Part shown: positions 37,162 through 47,734 of the stretch, one piece after another
Layout of the letters: every line of letters starts with the position of its first letter
Numbering within the stretch: position 1 is the first letter of the stretch
Assembly (NCBI GenBank): GCA_002491945.1
Contig: DKWX01000042.1
Span: 31,192-95,191, forward strand
DNA length: 64,000 nt
Source of the DNA: Porphyromonadaceae bacterium UBA7141
GTDB taxonomy: Bacteria > Bacteroidota > Bacteroidia > Bacteroidales > Muribaculaceae
Direction: 5' to 3'
Position numbers and translations under genes: made by a program
Notes under the pieces: generated by a model
Seen by the model: the letters and a program-made list of their open reading frames with translations, nothing else
What the model was told of the DNA's origin: nothing
Database searches by the model: none

Positions 37162-39137
37162 AGGAATCCGCTTTCGGTTGCTACGCTCAGCTTCTGCCGG
37201 CCCCCTCGGCCGAGGCCGGCTGCGCGGATGTACCCCCTCTGCTGGCGCGAATCAATTCGCCGGCCGACCTCCGGCGACTCCCGGTGGAGGCTCTCCCTGA
37301 CGTATGTCAGGAGCTACGCAGATTCCTGATTGACTCGCTTTCGGAAAATCCCGGACATTTCGCCTCAAGCATGGGTGCCGTCGACATAATCGTGGCTCTG
37401 CACTATGTCTTCAATACCCCCGACGACCGCATCGTCTACGATGTCGGTCATCAGGCTTATGCCCACAAGCTCATCACCGGCCGACGCGATCTCTTCAAGA
37501 CTCAGCGCACTCTGGGCGGATTGAGCGGTTTCCCGAATCCCATGGAGTCTCCCTACGACACGTTTATGGCCGGTCATGCCTCCAATTCAATCTCGGCTGC
37601 CTTGGGAATGGCGATTGCCGACAAGCTCACCCCGGGGTGCGAGGAGCGCAAGACTGTGGCCGTAATCGGCGACGCCTCAATCAGCGGAGGTCTGGCTTTC
37701 GAAGGACTCAACAACGCCGCCAACAACCCCAATGACCTGCTGATAATCCTCAACGACAACGAGATGAGCATCGACTCTAATGTCGGCTCTCTTCACAGAT
37801 ACCTGTCGGAACTCTCCACTTCGCTGCATTACAACCGCGCCCGAAAGAAAATCTACGATTTTTTCCGCACTAAAGGTTATATCGGCGACAACGGCAAAGG
37901 GCGCATCCTGCGTTTCAACAATTCAATCAAAGCATTGATTTCCAAGCAGCAGAATATTTTTGAAGGGCTTAATATCCGCTATTTCGGCCCGTTCGACGGC
38001 AATGATGTGACAAAGGTGGTAAAGGTGCTTCAGGAAATCAAGGATATGAAGGGGCCTCGCATCCTGCATCTGCACACCACCAAAGGGAAAGGATTCGAGA
38101 AGGCCGAAGCCGACCCCACCACATGGCATGCACCCGGCAAGTTCTGCGCCGCCACAGGGCGTCGCATCGCGGCGGTTGCCGACAGCCGCGAACTCTGGCA
38201 AGAGGTGTTCGGAAAGTATCTCGTCAGTTTAGCCGAGACCGATCCTAAAATCATGGGCATCACGGCCGCCATGCCGTCCGGCACTTCCATGATACGCATG
38301 CTCCGCGCAATGCCGACACGCACATTCGACGTGGGTATTTCCGAAGGTCATGCGGTGACGTTCGCCGGTGGCCTGGCCGCCGCAGGCAAGCACCCTTTCG
38401 TAGCCATATACTCCTCTTTTCTGCAACGCGCCTACGACAATATCATTCACGATGTGTGCATACAGAACCTGCCGGTGACATTCTGCATCGACCGATCCGG
38501 TCTTGTCGGCGAGGACGGAGTGACGCATCACGGTCTGTTCGACCTCGTATATCTGCGCTGCATCCCTAATATCACCGTGGCGGCTCCTATGGATGCCCCG
38601 ACTCTACGCTCGCTGATGCTCACCGCGTCACGCCATGCCGGGCCAATGGCTATCCGCTATCCGCGCGGGAAGGCGCCCGCCGAAAACGGCTCTGCACCCG
38701 AGCCCTCACTGCTGCAGCCGGGTTCCGGACGAAAAGTCACCGACAATCCCGGCGCTTCTGTGGCAATACTGTCTTTAGGCGAAATAGGCAACGAGGCGCT
38801 CAAGGCTGTCGATATTCTGGCTAAAAAGAATATCGCCGCGGATCTTTATGACATGATATGGCTCAAACCCCTCGACACGGCTCTGCTTGAGAATATCGCA
38901 GCGCACTACCCGCTGATTCTTACAGTCGAGGACGGCGCCGTGACCGGAGGGTTTGGATCCGCTGTGTCGGAATGGCTTGATGCCCGCAGGGCAGCCGACC
39001 CCTCGCTTCCGCAGCCGCGCCATCTGGCCGCCGGAATCCCCGACCGATGGATAGCTCAGGGTTCTGTCGCGCAGCTTCGTGCCATAGCAGGCATCGATGC
39101 CGAATCAATCGCCTCAACCATAACCGGCAACCTATGA
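37149..39137 (+). CDS. dxs: 1-deoxy-D-xylulose-5-phosphate synthase
   Basis: DVGHQAY, GHASNSISA, IGDASISGG...LNDN, DVGISEGH, DGVTHHG. Start 37149 or 37113. Confidence 0.95.
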   Translation: MQEVEESAFGCYAQLLPAPSAEAGCADVPPLLARINSPADLRRLPVEALPDVCQELRRFLIDSLSENPGHFASSMGAVDIIVALHYVFNTPDDRIVYDVGHQAYAHKLITGRRDLFKTQRTLGGLSGFPNPMESPYDTFMAGHASNSISAALGMAIADKLTPGCEERKTVAVIGDASISGGLAFEGLNNAANNPNDLLIILNDNEMSIDSNVGSLHRYLSELSTSLHYNRARKKIYDFFRTKGYIGDNGKGRILRFNNSIKALISKQQNIFEGLNIRYFGPFDGNDVTKVVKVLQEIKDMKGPRILHLHTTKGKGFEKAEADPTTWHAPGKFCAATGRRIAAVADSRELWQEVFGKYLVSLAETDPKIMGITAAMPSGTSMIRMLRAMPTRTFDVGISEGHAVTFAGGLAAAGKHPFVAIYSSFLQRAYDNIIHDVCIQNLPVTFCIDRSGLVGEDGVTHHGLFDLVYLRCIPNITVAAPMDAPTLRSLMLTASRHAGPMAIRYPRGKAPAENGSAPEPSLLQPGSGRKVTDNPGASVAILSLGEIGNEALKAVDILAKKNIAADLYDMIWLKPLDTALLENIAAHYPLILTVEDGAVTGGFGSAVSEWLDARRAADPSLPQPRHLAAGIPDRWIAQGSVAQLRAIAGIDAESIASTITGNL

Positions 39138-40468
39138 AGATTATCATTGCAGGTGCCGGCGAGGTAGGCACACATCTGGCAAAGATGCTCTCAAATGAGG
39201 AGCAGGACATCATCCTGCTTGACAGTGAGCAGGAAAAGCTCGATGCAATCGACAGTAACTACAATCTGATGACCTATTGTGGCAGCACATCTTCTTTCAG
39301 CACCCTGCGTGAAGTGGGAGTGGATGAATGCGACCTCTATATCGCTGTCACTCCATTCGAGACACGCAACATCACATCCTGCTCTATCGCAAAAAGGCTC
39401 GGTGCGAAAAAGACTGTGGCCCGGATTGATAATTCGGAATTCCTAAAGCCTGAGAACGGCCGGATACTCAAAGAAGTCGGTGCGGACTTCCTGATCTATC
39501 CTGAGAATCTGGCTGCTACCGAGATAAATCAGGCCATGACCCACAACTGGGCACGCTACTGGGGGGAACTCCACGACGGGAGGCTGGTGCTTATCGGAGT
39601 CAAGCTGCGCGACAATAATTCGCTCATCGACATGCAGCTTAAAGACATCACTTCCGCCCGGCATGACTTCCATGTGGCCGCGATAAAACGTAATAACGAG
39701 ACCATCATACCGACGGGCCATGATGTGCTGCGACGCGACGACATTGTGTATTTCATCACTACGCCTCCGTTCATTGATGAGGTGCGCGAGCTTTGCGGCA
39801 AACGCAAACGCGTGATTCGCAGGGCTCTTATAGCCGGGGCCACACGCATCTCCTCTCGTTTCGCACAACTCTTCAGCGACAAGTATGATTTACGAATCAT
39901 CGATCCCGACCGAAATGTATGCGAGCGATTCGCCACCAGATTCCCCGAATGCGAACTGGTATGCGGCGACCCGCGCGACATCGAGGTGCTGCGTGAAAAC
40001 AATATATATCAGTATGATGCTTTCCTCGCATTGACCGACTCGTCGGAGACCAATATTCTTTCCTGTCTGACAGCCAAGGAGTTCGGAGTACCGAAGACGA
40101 TTGCCGATGTCGAGAACCTGCAGTTCTTCTCGCAGGCCGAGAACCTCAATATCGGCACCATTCTCAATAAGAAACTCCTCGCTTCCTCACGAATCTTCAA
40201 GATTCTTCTTGATGCCGATGAGAGCAATGCCAAGTTTCTTGTGCTTGCCGATGCGGAAGTGGCGGAAATGCAGGCTGCCCGTCATTCCAAGATTACACGC
40301 GCTCCGGTCAAAGACCTTCATCTGCCGTTCGGCATGACGCTGGCCGCTCTTGTGCGCGGCGACCATTGCGAACTGATATCGGGTCTGACCCACATCGAGC
40401 CGGGCGACTATGTGGTGGTATTCTGTCTTACCGGCACCTTCGCAAAAGTTGAGAAATGGTTTGCCTGA
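39134..40468 (+). CDS. trkA: Trk potassium uptake regulatory subunit
   Basis: MKIIIAGAGEVG, duplicated RCK domains, ATGA overlap with dxs. Confidence 0.93.
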   Translation: MKIIIAGAGEVGTHLAKMLSNEEQDIILLDSEQEKLDAIDSNYNLMTYCGSTSSFSTLREVGVDECDLYIAVTPFETRNITSCSIAKRLGAKKTVARIDNSEFLKPENGRILKEVGADFLIYPENLAATEINQAMTHNWARYWGELHDGRLVLIGVKLRDNNSLIDMQLKDITSARHDFHVAAIKRNNETIIPTGHDVLRRDDIVYFITTPPFIDEVRELCGKRKRVIRRALIAGATRISSRFAQLFSDKYDLRIIDPDRNVCERFATRFPECELVCGDPRDIEVLRENNIYQYDAFLALTDSSETNILSCLTAKEFGVPKTIADVENLQFFSQAENLNIGTILNKKLLASSRIFKILLDADESNAKFLVLADAEVAEMQAARHSKITRAPVKDLHLPFGMTLAALVRGDHCELISGLTHIEPGDYVVVFCLTGTFAKVEKWFA

Positions 40469-40513
40469 CCCATGCGACAGAAGTCGTGACTATCTTAAAA
40501 ACTTAACTTCATC

Positions 40514-41992
40514 GTGCCGACATTCTTCCGACATAAGGCTTATATCAATTTCCCCATGCTGCTCCGCGTAATCGGATGGCTACTGCTCACCGAAGCCGGA
40601 ATCATGACCATACCATGCTTCGTAGGAATGCTGTATGGCGAAGGGTCGGCCCTGCATTTCCTTATATGTATCGGCATCACTGCGACCTGCGGATTCGGAC
40701 TGATGAGCCTGCGCCCGAAATCGCGCGACATGGGAAAGCGTGAGGCCGTGCTGCTGACAGGACTGACATGGATAATCCTCTCCCTTTTCGGGATGCTCCC
40801 TTTCCTGATATGCGGCACTCACTTCTCCGTGGCGGATGCCTTCTTTGAGACGATGAGCGGGTTCACCACTACGGGAGCATCGGTGCTCGACACGCTTGAA
40901 GGCGTCCCTCATTCCATTCTAATATGGAGATGTATCGCCCAATGGATCGGAGGACTCGGAATCATATTGTTTACCCTGGCGATTGTGCCGATGCTCAACT
41001 ATCGCGGAGGCATACAGCTCTTCAATGCAGAAGTCACCGGAATCACCCACGACAAACTGCGGCCTCGGATAGGCAATACGTCGAAAGGACTCTGGATGGT
41101 GTATATCTGCCTGACTGTCCTGCTGATTTTACTCCTGCTATGCTCTGACATGGATTTCTTCGACGCTCTCTGCTACGGCCTCTCCACAATGTCGACCGGC
41201 GGATTCGCCACATCCGACATGTCGCTCGGCAGATGGGACAGCAATTACATCAAAATCGTGATGACGGTATTCATGTTCCTCGGCGGCGTCAATTTCTCTC
41301 TGATTTTCCGCGCCGTCAACGGGCAATGGAGAGACCTGTGGCGGAATGAGGCCCTGCGTGTATACGTCTGGATTATACTCACATGCTTCGTCGCATTCAC
41401 ACTGAATATCGCATTCCGCAGCCTGGGCACCGACTGGACAGACTATACCATCGACCCTCTATTCCAGGCTGTATCCATACTCTCTTCTACCGGCATCACC
41501 GAACCGGATTTCAACGACTGGGGACCAGTAAGCGCAATCCTGCTCATCATCATGATGGTTATGGGGGCATGTGCGGGAAGCACATCCGGAGGCGCGAAAA
41601 TCGACCGATTCATGATTCTCGCGAAGTTTCTGCGGAATGAGTTCTACAGGCTCATGCATCCACATGCTATCCGCACTGTCGTAATCAATGGCAAAGGCAC
41701 TCCCCCGCCAATCGTGATGCGCACTCTGGCATTCCTCTTCTTGTATATAATCGTGATTATTGCCGGCGCAATCGGACTGATGGTGTGCGGACTGCCGCTG
41801 AAGGACGGGTTCTTCTGCGCCCTTTCGGCTGTCAGCAACACCGGACTCGGCACCGACATCACCGGACTGGAAGGCAACTTCTCTCATGTGGCCGACCCGG
41901 CAAAGTGGCTCCTGTCTTTTCTCATGCTCACCGGACGTCTCGAACTTTATACTATCCTGCTAATCTTCACACCCGCTTTCTGGAAGAAATAA
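40514..41992 (+). CDS. trkH: Trk potassium uptake membrane protein
   Basis: FFETMSGFTTTG, STGGF, GSTSGG, GRLELY. Confidence 0.93.
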   Translation: MPTFFRHKAYINFPMLLRVIGWLLLTEAGIMTIPCFVGMLYGEGSALHFLICIGITATCGFGLMSLRPKSRDMGKREAVLLTGLTWIILSLFGMLPFLICGTHFSVADAFFETMSGFTTTGASVLDTLEGVPHSILIWRCIAQWIGGLGIILFTLAIVPMLNYRGGIQLFNAEVTGITHDKLRPRIGNTSKGLWMVYICLTVLLILLLLCSDMDFFDALCYGLSTMSTGGFATSDMSLGRWDSNYIKIVMTVFMFLGGVNFSLIFRAVNGQWRDLWRNEALRVYVWIILTCFVAFTLNIAFRSLGTDWTDYTIDPLFQAVSILSSTGITEPDFNDWGPVSAILLIIMMVMGACAGSTSGGAKIDRFMILAKFLRNEFYRLMHPHAIRTVVINGKGTPPPIVMRTLAFLFLYIIVIIAGAIGLMVCGLPLKDGFFCALSAVSNTGLGTDITGLEGNFSHVADPAKWLLSFLMLTGRLELYTILLIFTPAFWKK

Positions 41993-42207
41993 TCACACAA
42001 TCGAGCCTCGCCTCCGCATAACACTCCATGACTCAAAACGTTGCATTTATCCCATAAACAGGATTAATTTTATATTTAATTTATTCTTAAAGTTTTCCGT
42101 TTTATTTTTCAAACCATTGCAATTCAGTGTTTTATATTTTCAAGTCGCTCAAAAAGTTTTCCAAAAAAAATTTTTTAATACAGACGCCTCATTTTATCGT
42201 TAATCTT

Positions 42208-42239
42208 ATTGCAAAACTTAGAGTTACTTTCTAACTTTG
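42208..42239 (+). promoter_or_regulatory. Promoter of nrdD
   Basis: ATTG, 20 nt, TAACTTTG (42232-42239). Confidence 0.6.
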
Positions 42240-42327
42240 CAGTGCCTTCGGGCGACTTTCTTTATTTCCCCCGGGGACTGACCGGACCCGACCCTTCAGA
42301 AACATAATCCCAAACCCTCATAAAGCA

Positions 42328-44532
42328 ATGATACAGCTCGTAGAAAAACGCGACGGACGTGTGGTAGGCTATAACGAAGAAAAGATAAAAGCCGCCATCA
42401 GAAAAGCCATGCTACAGACAGAATCAGGAGAAGACGAAGCGCTGATACAGCGCATCTCAGACCGTGTGGGATTCTCCGGCACTGACAGAATGACCGTAGA
42501 GGAAATTCAGGACCGCGTGGAATTCGAGCTGATGAAGTCTGCACGCAAGGATGTGGCAAAACGATACATCGCCTACCGCGACCAGCGCTCTATCGCCCGC
42601 CGCGCAAAGACACGCGAAATATTTCTGGAAATAATCGAGGCTAAAAGCAACGACATCACTCGCGAGAACGCCAATATGAACGCCGACTCTCCGGCCGGAA
42701 TGATGATGAAGTTCGCCAGCGAGACAACCAAGCCTTTTGTCGACGACTATCTCCTCTCGGCCGAGGTAAAACAGGCCGTAAAGAATAATTATATCCACAT
42801 CCACGACAAAGACTACTATCCCACCAAATCGCTCACATGCGTGCAGCATCCTCTTGACCGAATCCTCGAAAACGGATTTATCGCCGGCCACGGCGAGTCT
42901 CGCCCTGCAAAACGCATCGAGACAGCCGCAGTGCTCGCATGCATCTCGCTTGAGACAGCTCAGAACGAAATGCACGGAGGTCAGGCCATCCCGGCATTCG
43001 ACTTCTATCTGGCACCTTTCGTACGCGCCTCTTTCATCGAAGAGGTAAAGACTCTCGAAGCTCTCACCGGGCGCGACCTGAATCATTTATATGATTCAGA
43101 AATCGACGACTATCTGCGCCGCAATCTCGATGGGCTTGATGATGACGAGCGCCTCAAGCAACACGCCATCAACCGCACCGTAGGACGCGTGCACCAGGCA
43201 ATGGAGGCTTTCATACATAATATGAACACCATTCACTCGCGCGGAGGAAACCAGGTCGTATTCTCTTCAATCAACTACGGCACCGACACATCTGCCGAGG
43301 GGCGCTGCGTAATCCGCGAAATCCTCCAGACCACCTACGAAGGCGTAGGCAACGGCTCTACAGCCATATTCCCCATACAGATATGGAAAAAGAAAAGAGG
43401 AGTGAGCTATCTGCCCGAGGACCGCAACTACGACCTCTACCGACTGGCATGCAAGGTGTCGGCGCGACGCTTCTTCCCAAACTTCCTTAACCTTGATGCC
43501 ACTTTCAACCGCGATGAGGCATGGCATGCCGACGACCCTGAACGCTATCTCCACGAAGTCGCCACTATGGGTTGCCGCACACGAGTATACGAAAACCGCT
43601 ACGGCGAGAAAACTTCCGTAGGACGTGGCAATCTATCGTTTACCACAATCAACATCGTGCGACTCGCAATCGAAGTGATGTCTATTGCCAATCCCGAGGA
43701 GCGAATCAGTAAATTCTTCCAGAAACTCGACCGTGTGCTCGAACTCACGGCCCGCCAGCTCGATGAGCGCTTCCAGTTCCAGAAGACGGCACTGGCCAAG
43801 CAGTTCCCGATGGTGATGACAGCTCTATGGAACGGCGCATCCTCTCTTCGCCCTGACCAGACTATCGAACCGGTTATAAATCAAGGCACTCTCGGCATCG
43901 GATTCATCGGACTGGCCGAGACTCTCATAGCCCTGACAGGACATCATCACGGCGAAAGCGAAGAGGCCCAGCAACTCGGACTACGCATCATAACCCACAT
44001 GCGCGACCGCGCTCTCGAATTCTCCGACCAATACGAACACAACTATTCCATTCTCGCCACTCCGGCAGAGGGACTGGCCGGAAGATTCACCAAACGCGAC
44101 CGCAAGACTTTCGGCATAATCCCGGGAGTGACCGACAAGGACTACTACACCAACTCCAACCATGTGCCCGTATACTATCACTGCTCGCCCCGCCACAAGG
44201 CCCGCATTGAGGCCCCATATCACGACCTGACGCGCGGCGGACACATCTTCTATGTGGAAATCGACGGCGATGCCACCCACAATGAAGAGGCTATCGCACA
44301 GATCGTAGACCTTATGGACCGACACAACATCGGCTACGGAAGCGTCAACCATAACCGCAACCACTGCCCCAGATGCGGCTATGAGAACGCCGACACTGAG
44401 CAGACGGAATGCCCGAAGTGCGGCGTGAGATTCGAGACCATACAGCGCATCACAGGGTATCTCGTAGGCACCACCGACAGATGGAACTCCGGCAAACTCG
44501 CCGAGCTCCACGACCGCGTGACCCATAAGTAA
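42328..44532 (+). CDS. nrdD: Anaerobic (class III) ribonucleotide reductase with ATP cone
   Basis: VEKRDG ATP cone, MGCRT, ATPAEGL, YYTNS, CxxC...CxxC, RITGYL glycyl-radical motif. Confidence 0.96.
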   Translation: MIQLVEKRDGRVVGYNEEKIKAAIRKAMLQTESGEDEALIQRISDRVGFSGTDRMTVEEIQDRVEFELMKSARKDVAKRYIAYRDQRSIARRAKTREIFLEIIEAKSNDITRENANMNADSPAGMMMKFASETTKPFVDDYLLSAEVKQAVKNNYIHIHDKDYYPTKSLTCVQHPLDRILENGFIAGHGESRPAKRIETAAVLACISLETAQNEMHGGQAIPAFDFYLAPFVRASFIEEVKTLEALTGRDLNHLYDSEIDDYLRRNLDGLDDDERLKQHAINRTVGRVHQAMEAFIHNMNTIHSRGGNQVVFSSINYGTDTSAEGRCVIREILQTTYEGVGNGSTAIFPIQIWKKKRGVSYLPEDRNYDLYRLACKVSARRFFPNFLNLDATFNRDEAWHADDPERYLHEVATMGCRTRVYENRYGEKTSVGRGNLSFTTINIVRLAIEVMSIANPEERISKFFQKLDRVLELTARQLDERFQFQKTALAKQFPMVMTALWNGASSLRPDQTIEPVINQGTLGIGFIGLAETLIALTGHHHGESEEAQQLGLRIITHMRDRALEFSDQYEHNYSILATPAEGLAGRFTKRDRKTFGIIPGVTDKDYYTNSNHVPVYYHCSPRHKARIEAPYHDLTRGGHIFYVEIDGDATHNEEAIAQIVDLMDRHNIGYGSVNHNRNHCPRCGYENADTEQTECPKCGVRFETIQRITGYLVGTTDRWNSGKLAELHDRVTHK

Positions 44533-44704
44533 GTGTTTAAATTTAACCTATCGTAATCAAAAGGGAATCTTTTATACAGTATGAGGCTTCTTTTTTGCCG
44601 CTTCCGGCGTGTCGCTCAGTCGAATATGTTTATATCCTCCTACACACCGCACCGGAATCGACTAAAAAACAGCCCCGCATATTGTATAAATTAAATTTGA
44701 ACAC
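44533..44704 (+). mobile_element. 172-bp palindromic MITE-like element (full copy)
   Basis: GTGTTTAAATTTAA ... TTAAATTTGAACAC. Begins immediately after the nrdD stop codon. Confidence 0.8.
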
Positions 44705-44885
44705 TCACTCTAGTGATTTTTTATACTCTCCGGGTATCTTTTTCCATTCTGTCTACGTTATATAAGTAATCTGAAGTTTTAACCATACCGGTCGGCATAC
44801 ACTCAGACACTCTCCCCCGCATGGCGCAGGAGAAAACGAGTGTATGCCGGCTGATGAATAATACCGTAACGACACTAATTCTATT

Positions 44886-47177
44886 ATGGCAACCGATGCT
44901 AAGTCAATCGACCTGAAAAACGCCGCCCTCGACTATCATGAAGAGGGTCGACCCGGTAAAATCGAAATCACGCCGACCAAACCCTATGCCTCCCAGAGAG
45001 ACCTTTCTCTTGCTTACTCTCCGGGGGTGGCATACCCTTGTCTCGAAATCGAGAAGACTCCACATGATGCCTACCGATACACAAACAAGGGCAATCTCGT
45101 AGGTGTGATATCCAACGGCACTGCGGTGCTCGGGTTGGGCGATATCGGCGCTCTTGCCGGCAAACCTGTCATGGAAGGCAAGGCTCTGCTCTTCAAGATA
45201 TTCTCCGGCCTCGATGCTTTCGACATCGAAATCAACGAGACCGACCCCGACAAGTTTGTGGAAATCGTGAAGTCGCTCGCACCGACTTTCGGTGGAATTA
45301 ATCTTGAAGATATCAAGGCCCCGGAATGCTTTCTGATCGAGGAGCGTCTGAAGAAGGAATGCGACATACCCGTGATGCACGACGACCAGCATGGCACTGC
45401 TATCATCTCCGGCGCCGGACTCCTCAACGCCATAGAGATACAGAAAAAGAAAATCACTGATATACAACTCGTTGTCAATGGAGCCGGAGCCGCAGCTGTA
45501 AGTTGCACCCGACTCTATAAGGCGCTCGGAGTGCGCCCCGAAAATATCGTGATGTGCGACTCAAAGGGTGTGATTCGAGCCGACCGCGACGGACTGACTG
45601 AACAGAAGCGCGAATTCGCCACCTCGCGCGACATACATACTTTGGCCGAAGCCATGAAGGGGGCCGATGTATTCCTCGGACTCAGCGTGGCCGGTGTCGT
45701 GACTCCTGACATGGTGCGCTCCATGGCTCCGCGTCCAATCGTTTTCGCCCTGGCCAACCCTAACCCCGAAATCGATTATTACGCAGCCAAGGAGGCCGCT
45801 CCGGATGTAATCGTGGCTACCGGACGAAGCGATTATCCCAACCAGATCAACAATGTGATTGGCTTCCCCTACATCTTCCGCGGAGCTCTCGACTGCGGCG
45901 CCTCTGCCATCAACGAGGCCATGAAGATTGCCGCCGTTTACGCAATCTCGGCCTTGGCCAAGGAGCCTGTGCCAAGTGTGGTCGATGAGGCCTACGGGCT
46001 GTCTGACCTCCGGTTTGGCCCGGACTATATACTCCCCAAGGCTCTCGACCCGAGGCTGCTGCTCTGTGTGGCGCCTGCCGTGGCTCGCGCCGCAATGGAA
46101 AGCGGGATCGCTGCCCGCCCCATCGAGAACTGGGACAACTACCGGCTACGCCTCCGCAAATTCATGGGCGACGACGGCAAATTCATGCGCTCAATCACTG
46201 AACACGCCTCGCAGAACAAGAAGAAAGTCGTATTCGGTGAAGGCAATCTCGAAAACGTAATCCGGGCTGCCGCGCGACTGCACAACGAAGGCACTCTTAC
46301 CCCGGTGCTTCTGGGTAATGCCGAAATGATCAACCGCCATGCCGACCGGCTGGGAATCGATATCTCTGAAATAGAAATCATCAATCCGCGCCACGACCGC
46401 GAGGATGAACGCCGACAGCGCTACGCCAGAATCCTGAGCGCAAAGAAGGAGCGCCAGGGTGTGACGTTTGAAGAGGCTCTCGACAGAATGTATGCACGCT
46501 CTTACTTCGGAATGATGATGGTAGAGGCCGGCGATGCCGATGCTTTCATGACCAATTGCTATTCTGCAGCCAATAAAATGGCCGAACGTGCGGTATCAAT
46601 CGTGGGGATGCAGGACGGTTTCGACCACTTCGCCACTCTGCATATCATGAACACCCGCGCCGGGATGTACTTCCTGGCCGACACGGCCGTCAATCCGGTC
46701 TCCGACACTCCGGCACTAATCGACATAGCCCGACTCACCGACCGCGCTGTAAGATACTTCAACCATGAGCCTGTCATGGCAATGCTCTCTTACTCCAACT
46801 TCGGATCCAACAGTTCCGACCCGGAACCTTCACGCGTGGCCAACGCCGTTAGCATTCTCCATGAAAAGTATCCTGGAATCCAGGTAGATGGCGAAATGCA
46901 GGCCGACTACGCTCTCAACACCGCTCTGCGTGACGCCACATATCCCTTCAACACAATCAAGGGGAAAAAGGTCAATACTCTGATATTCCCGAACCTCAGC
47001 TCGGCAAATATCGGCTATAAGCTGCTGCTCGGCATGGGTGTCGGAAAGGTAATTGGCCCGGTGCAGGTAGGCCTGAAGAAACCTATATATTTCACCGGTG
47101 CAAGTGCCTCTGTCGAAGAGATTATCGACCTCGCGACTCTGGCGGCTCTCGACGCCATCATCTCTTCGCGCAATTAA
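44886..47177 (+). CDS. maeB: NADP-dependent malic enzyme with PTA-like domain
   Basis: LSLAYSPGVA, GKPVMEGK, INLEDI, HDDQHGT, GAGAA. C-terminal LSYSNFGS and LIFPNL. Confidence 0.95.
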   Translation: MATDAKSIDLKNAALDYHEEGRPGKIEITPTKPYASQRDLSLAYSPGVAYPCLEIEKTPHDAYRYTNKGNLVGVISNGTAVLGLGDIGALAGKPVMEGKALLFKIFSGLDAFDIEINETDPDKFVEIVKSLAPTFGGINLEDIKAPECFLIEERLKKECDIPVMHDDQHGTAIISGAGLLNAIEIQKKKITDIQLVVNGAGAAAVSCTRLYKALGVRPENIVMCDSKGVIRADRDGLTEQKREFATSRDIHTLAEAMKGADVFLGLSVAGVVTPDMVRSMAPRPIVFALANPNPEIDYYAAKEAAPDVIVATGRSDYPNQINNVIGFPYIFRGALDCGASAINEAMKIAAVYAISALAKEPVPSVVDEAYGLSDLRFGPDYILPKALDPRLLLCVAPAVARAAMESGIAARPIENWDNYRLRLRKFMGDDGKFMRSITEHASQNKKKVVFGEGNLENVIRAAARLHNEGTLTPVLLGNAEMINRHADRLGIDISEIEIINPRHDREDERRQRYARILSAKKERQGVTFEEALDRMYARSYFGMMMVEAGDADAFMTNCYSAANKMAERAVSIVGMQDGFDHFATLHIMNTRAGMYFLADTAVNPVSDTPALIDIARLTDRAVRYFNHEPVMAMLSYSNFGSNSSDPEPSRVANAVSILHEKYPGIQVDGEMQADYALNTALRDATYPFNTIKGKKVNTLIFPNLSSANIGYKLLLGMGVGKVIGPVQVGLKKPIYFTGASASVEEIIDLATLAALDAIISSRN

Positions 47178-47195
47178 TCCGCTGATTCTCTCTTA

Positions 47196-47675
47196 ATGAC
47201 CCGCAACATCGTATTCAATGTCCTGGACATCCGCCGTGGCACCACGGTGGATGGTCCGGGACTTCGCACTTCAATCTATCTGGCAGGATGCACCCACGCA
47301 TGCCCCGGTTGCCACAACCCTGATTCATGGGATTTCAAGGGGGGTGTGACAATGACTCTCGATGAAATAATGGAAGTGATCGACGACGAGGACTTCAATG
47401 TCACTCTCACCGGTGGCGACCCTCTTATGCACCCTCACACCCTCCCGGCGCTCATTCATGCCATCAAGGAGAGAGGGAAAAGCGTATGGTTATACACCGG
47501 ATATACCATCGAGCAGATAGAGGCCGACCCCCTGCTGGCCGAAGCCGTGACAGAGGTCGACACAATTGTGGATGGGCCTTTCATAACTACTCTCCGCGAT
47601 CCTGACCTTCTGTTCAGAGGCTCGTCCAACCAACGCATCATCGACATGCATGAGCGCCATCATCTACATATCTGA
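47196..47675 (+). CDS. nrdG: Anaerobic RNR activating enzyme (radical SAM)
   Basis: VDGPGLR, CTHACPGCHN, TGGDP, FRGSSNQR. Confidence 0.95.
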   Translation: MTRNIVFNVLDIRRGTTVDGPGLRTSIYLAGCTHACPGCHNPDSWDFKGGVTMTLDEIMEVIDDEDFNVTLTGGDPLMHPHTLPALIHAIKERGKSVWLYTGYTIEQIEADPLLAEAVTEVDTIVDGPFITTLRDPDLLFRGSSNQRIIDMHERHHLHI

Positions 47676-47707
47676 TTTGCATATCCAAGTATTTTGGAGT
47701 AATTTTG
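47676..47707 (+). promoter_or_regulatory. Promoter of ftsY-rimO
   Basis: TTTG, 20 nt, TAATTTTG (47700-47707). Confidence 0.65.
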
Positions 47708-47734
47708 TAACAGACAAACAAAAACCGAATAAAC

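Noticed and set aside
11089-44704. Repeat copies as a CRISPR array or attC sites
   Set aside because: Dispersed, 172 bp long, no spacer periodicity, no cas or integrase genes
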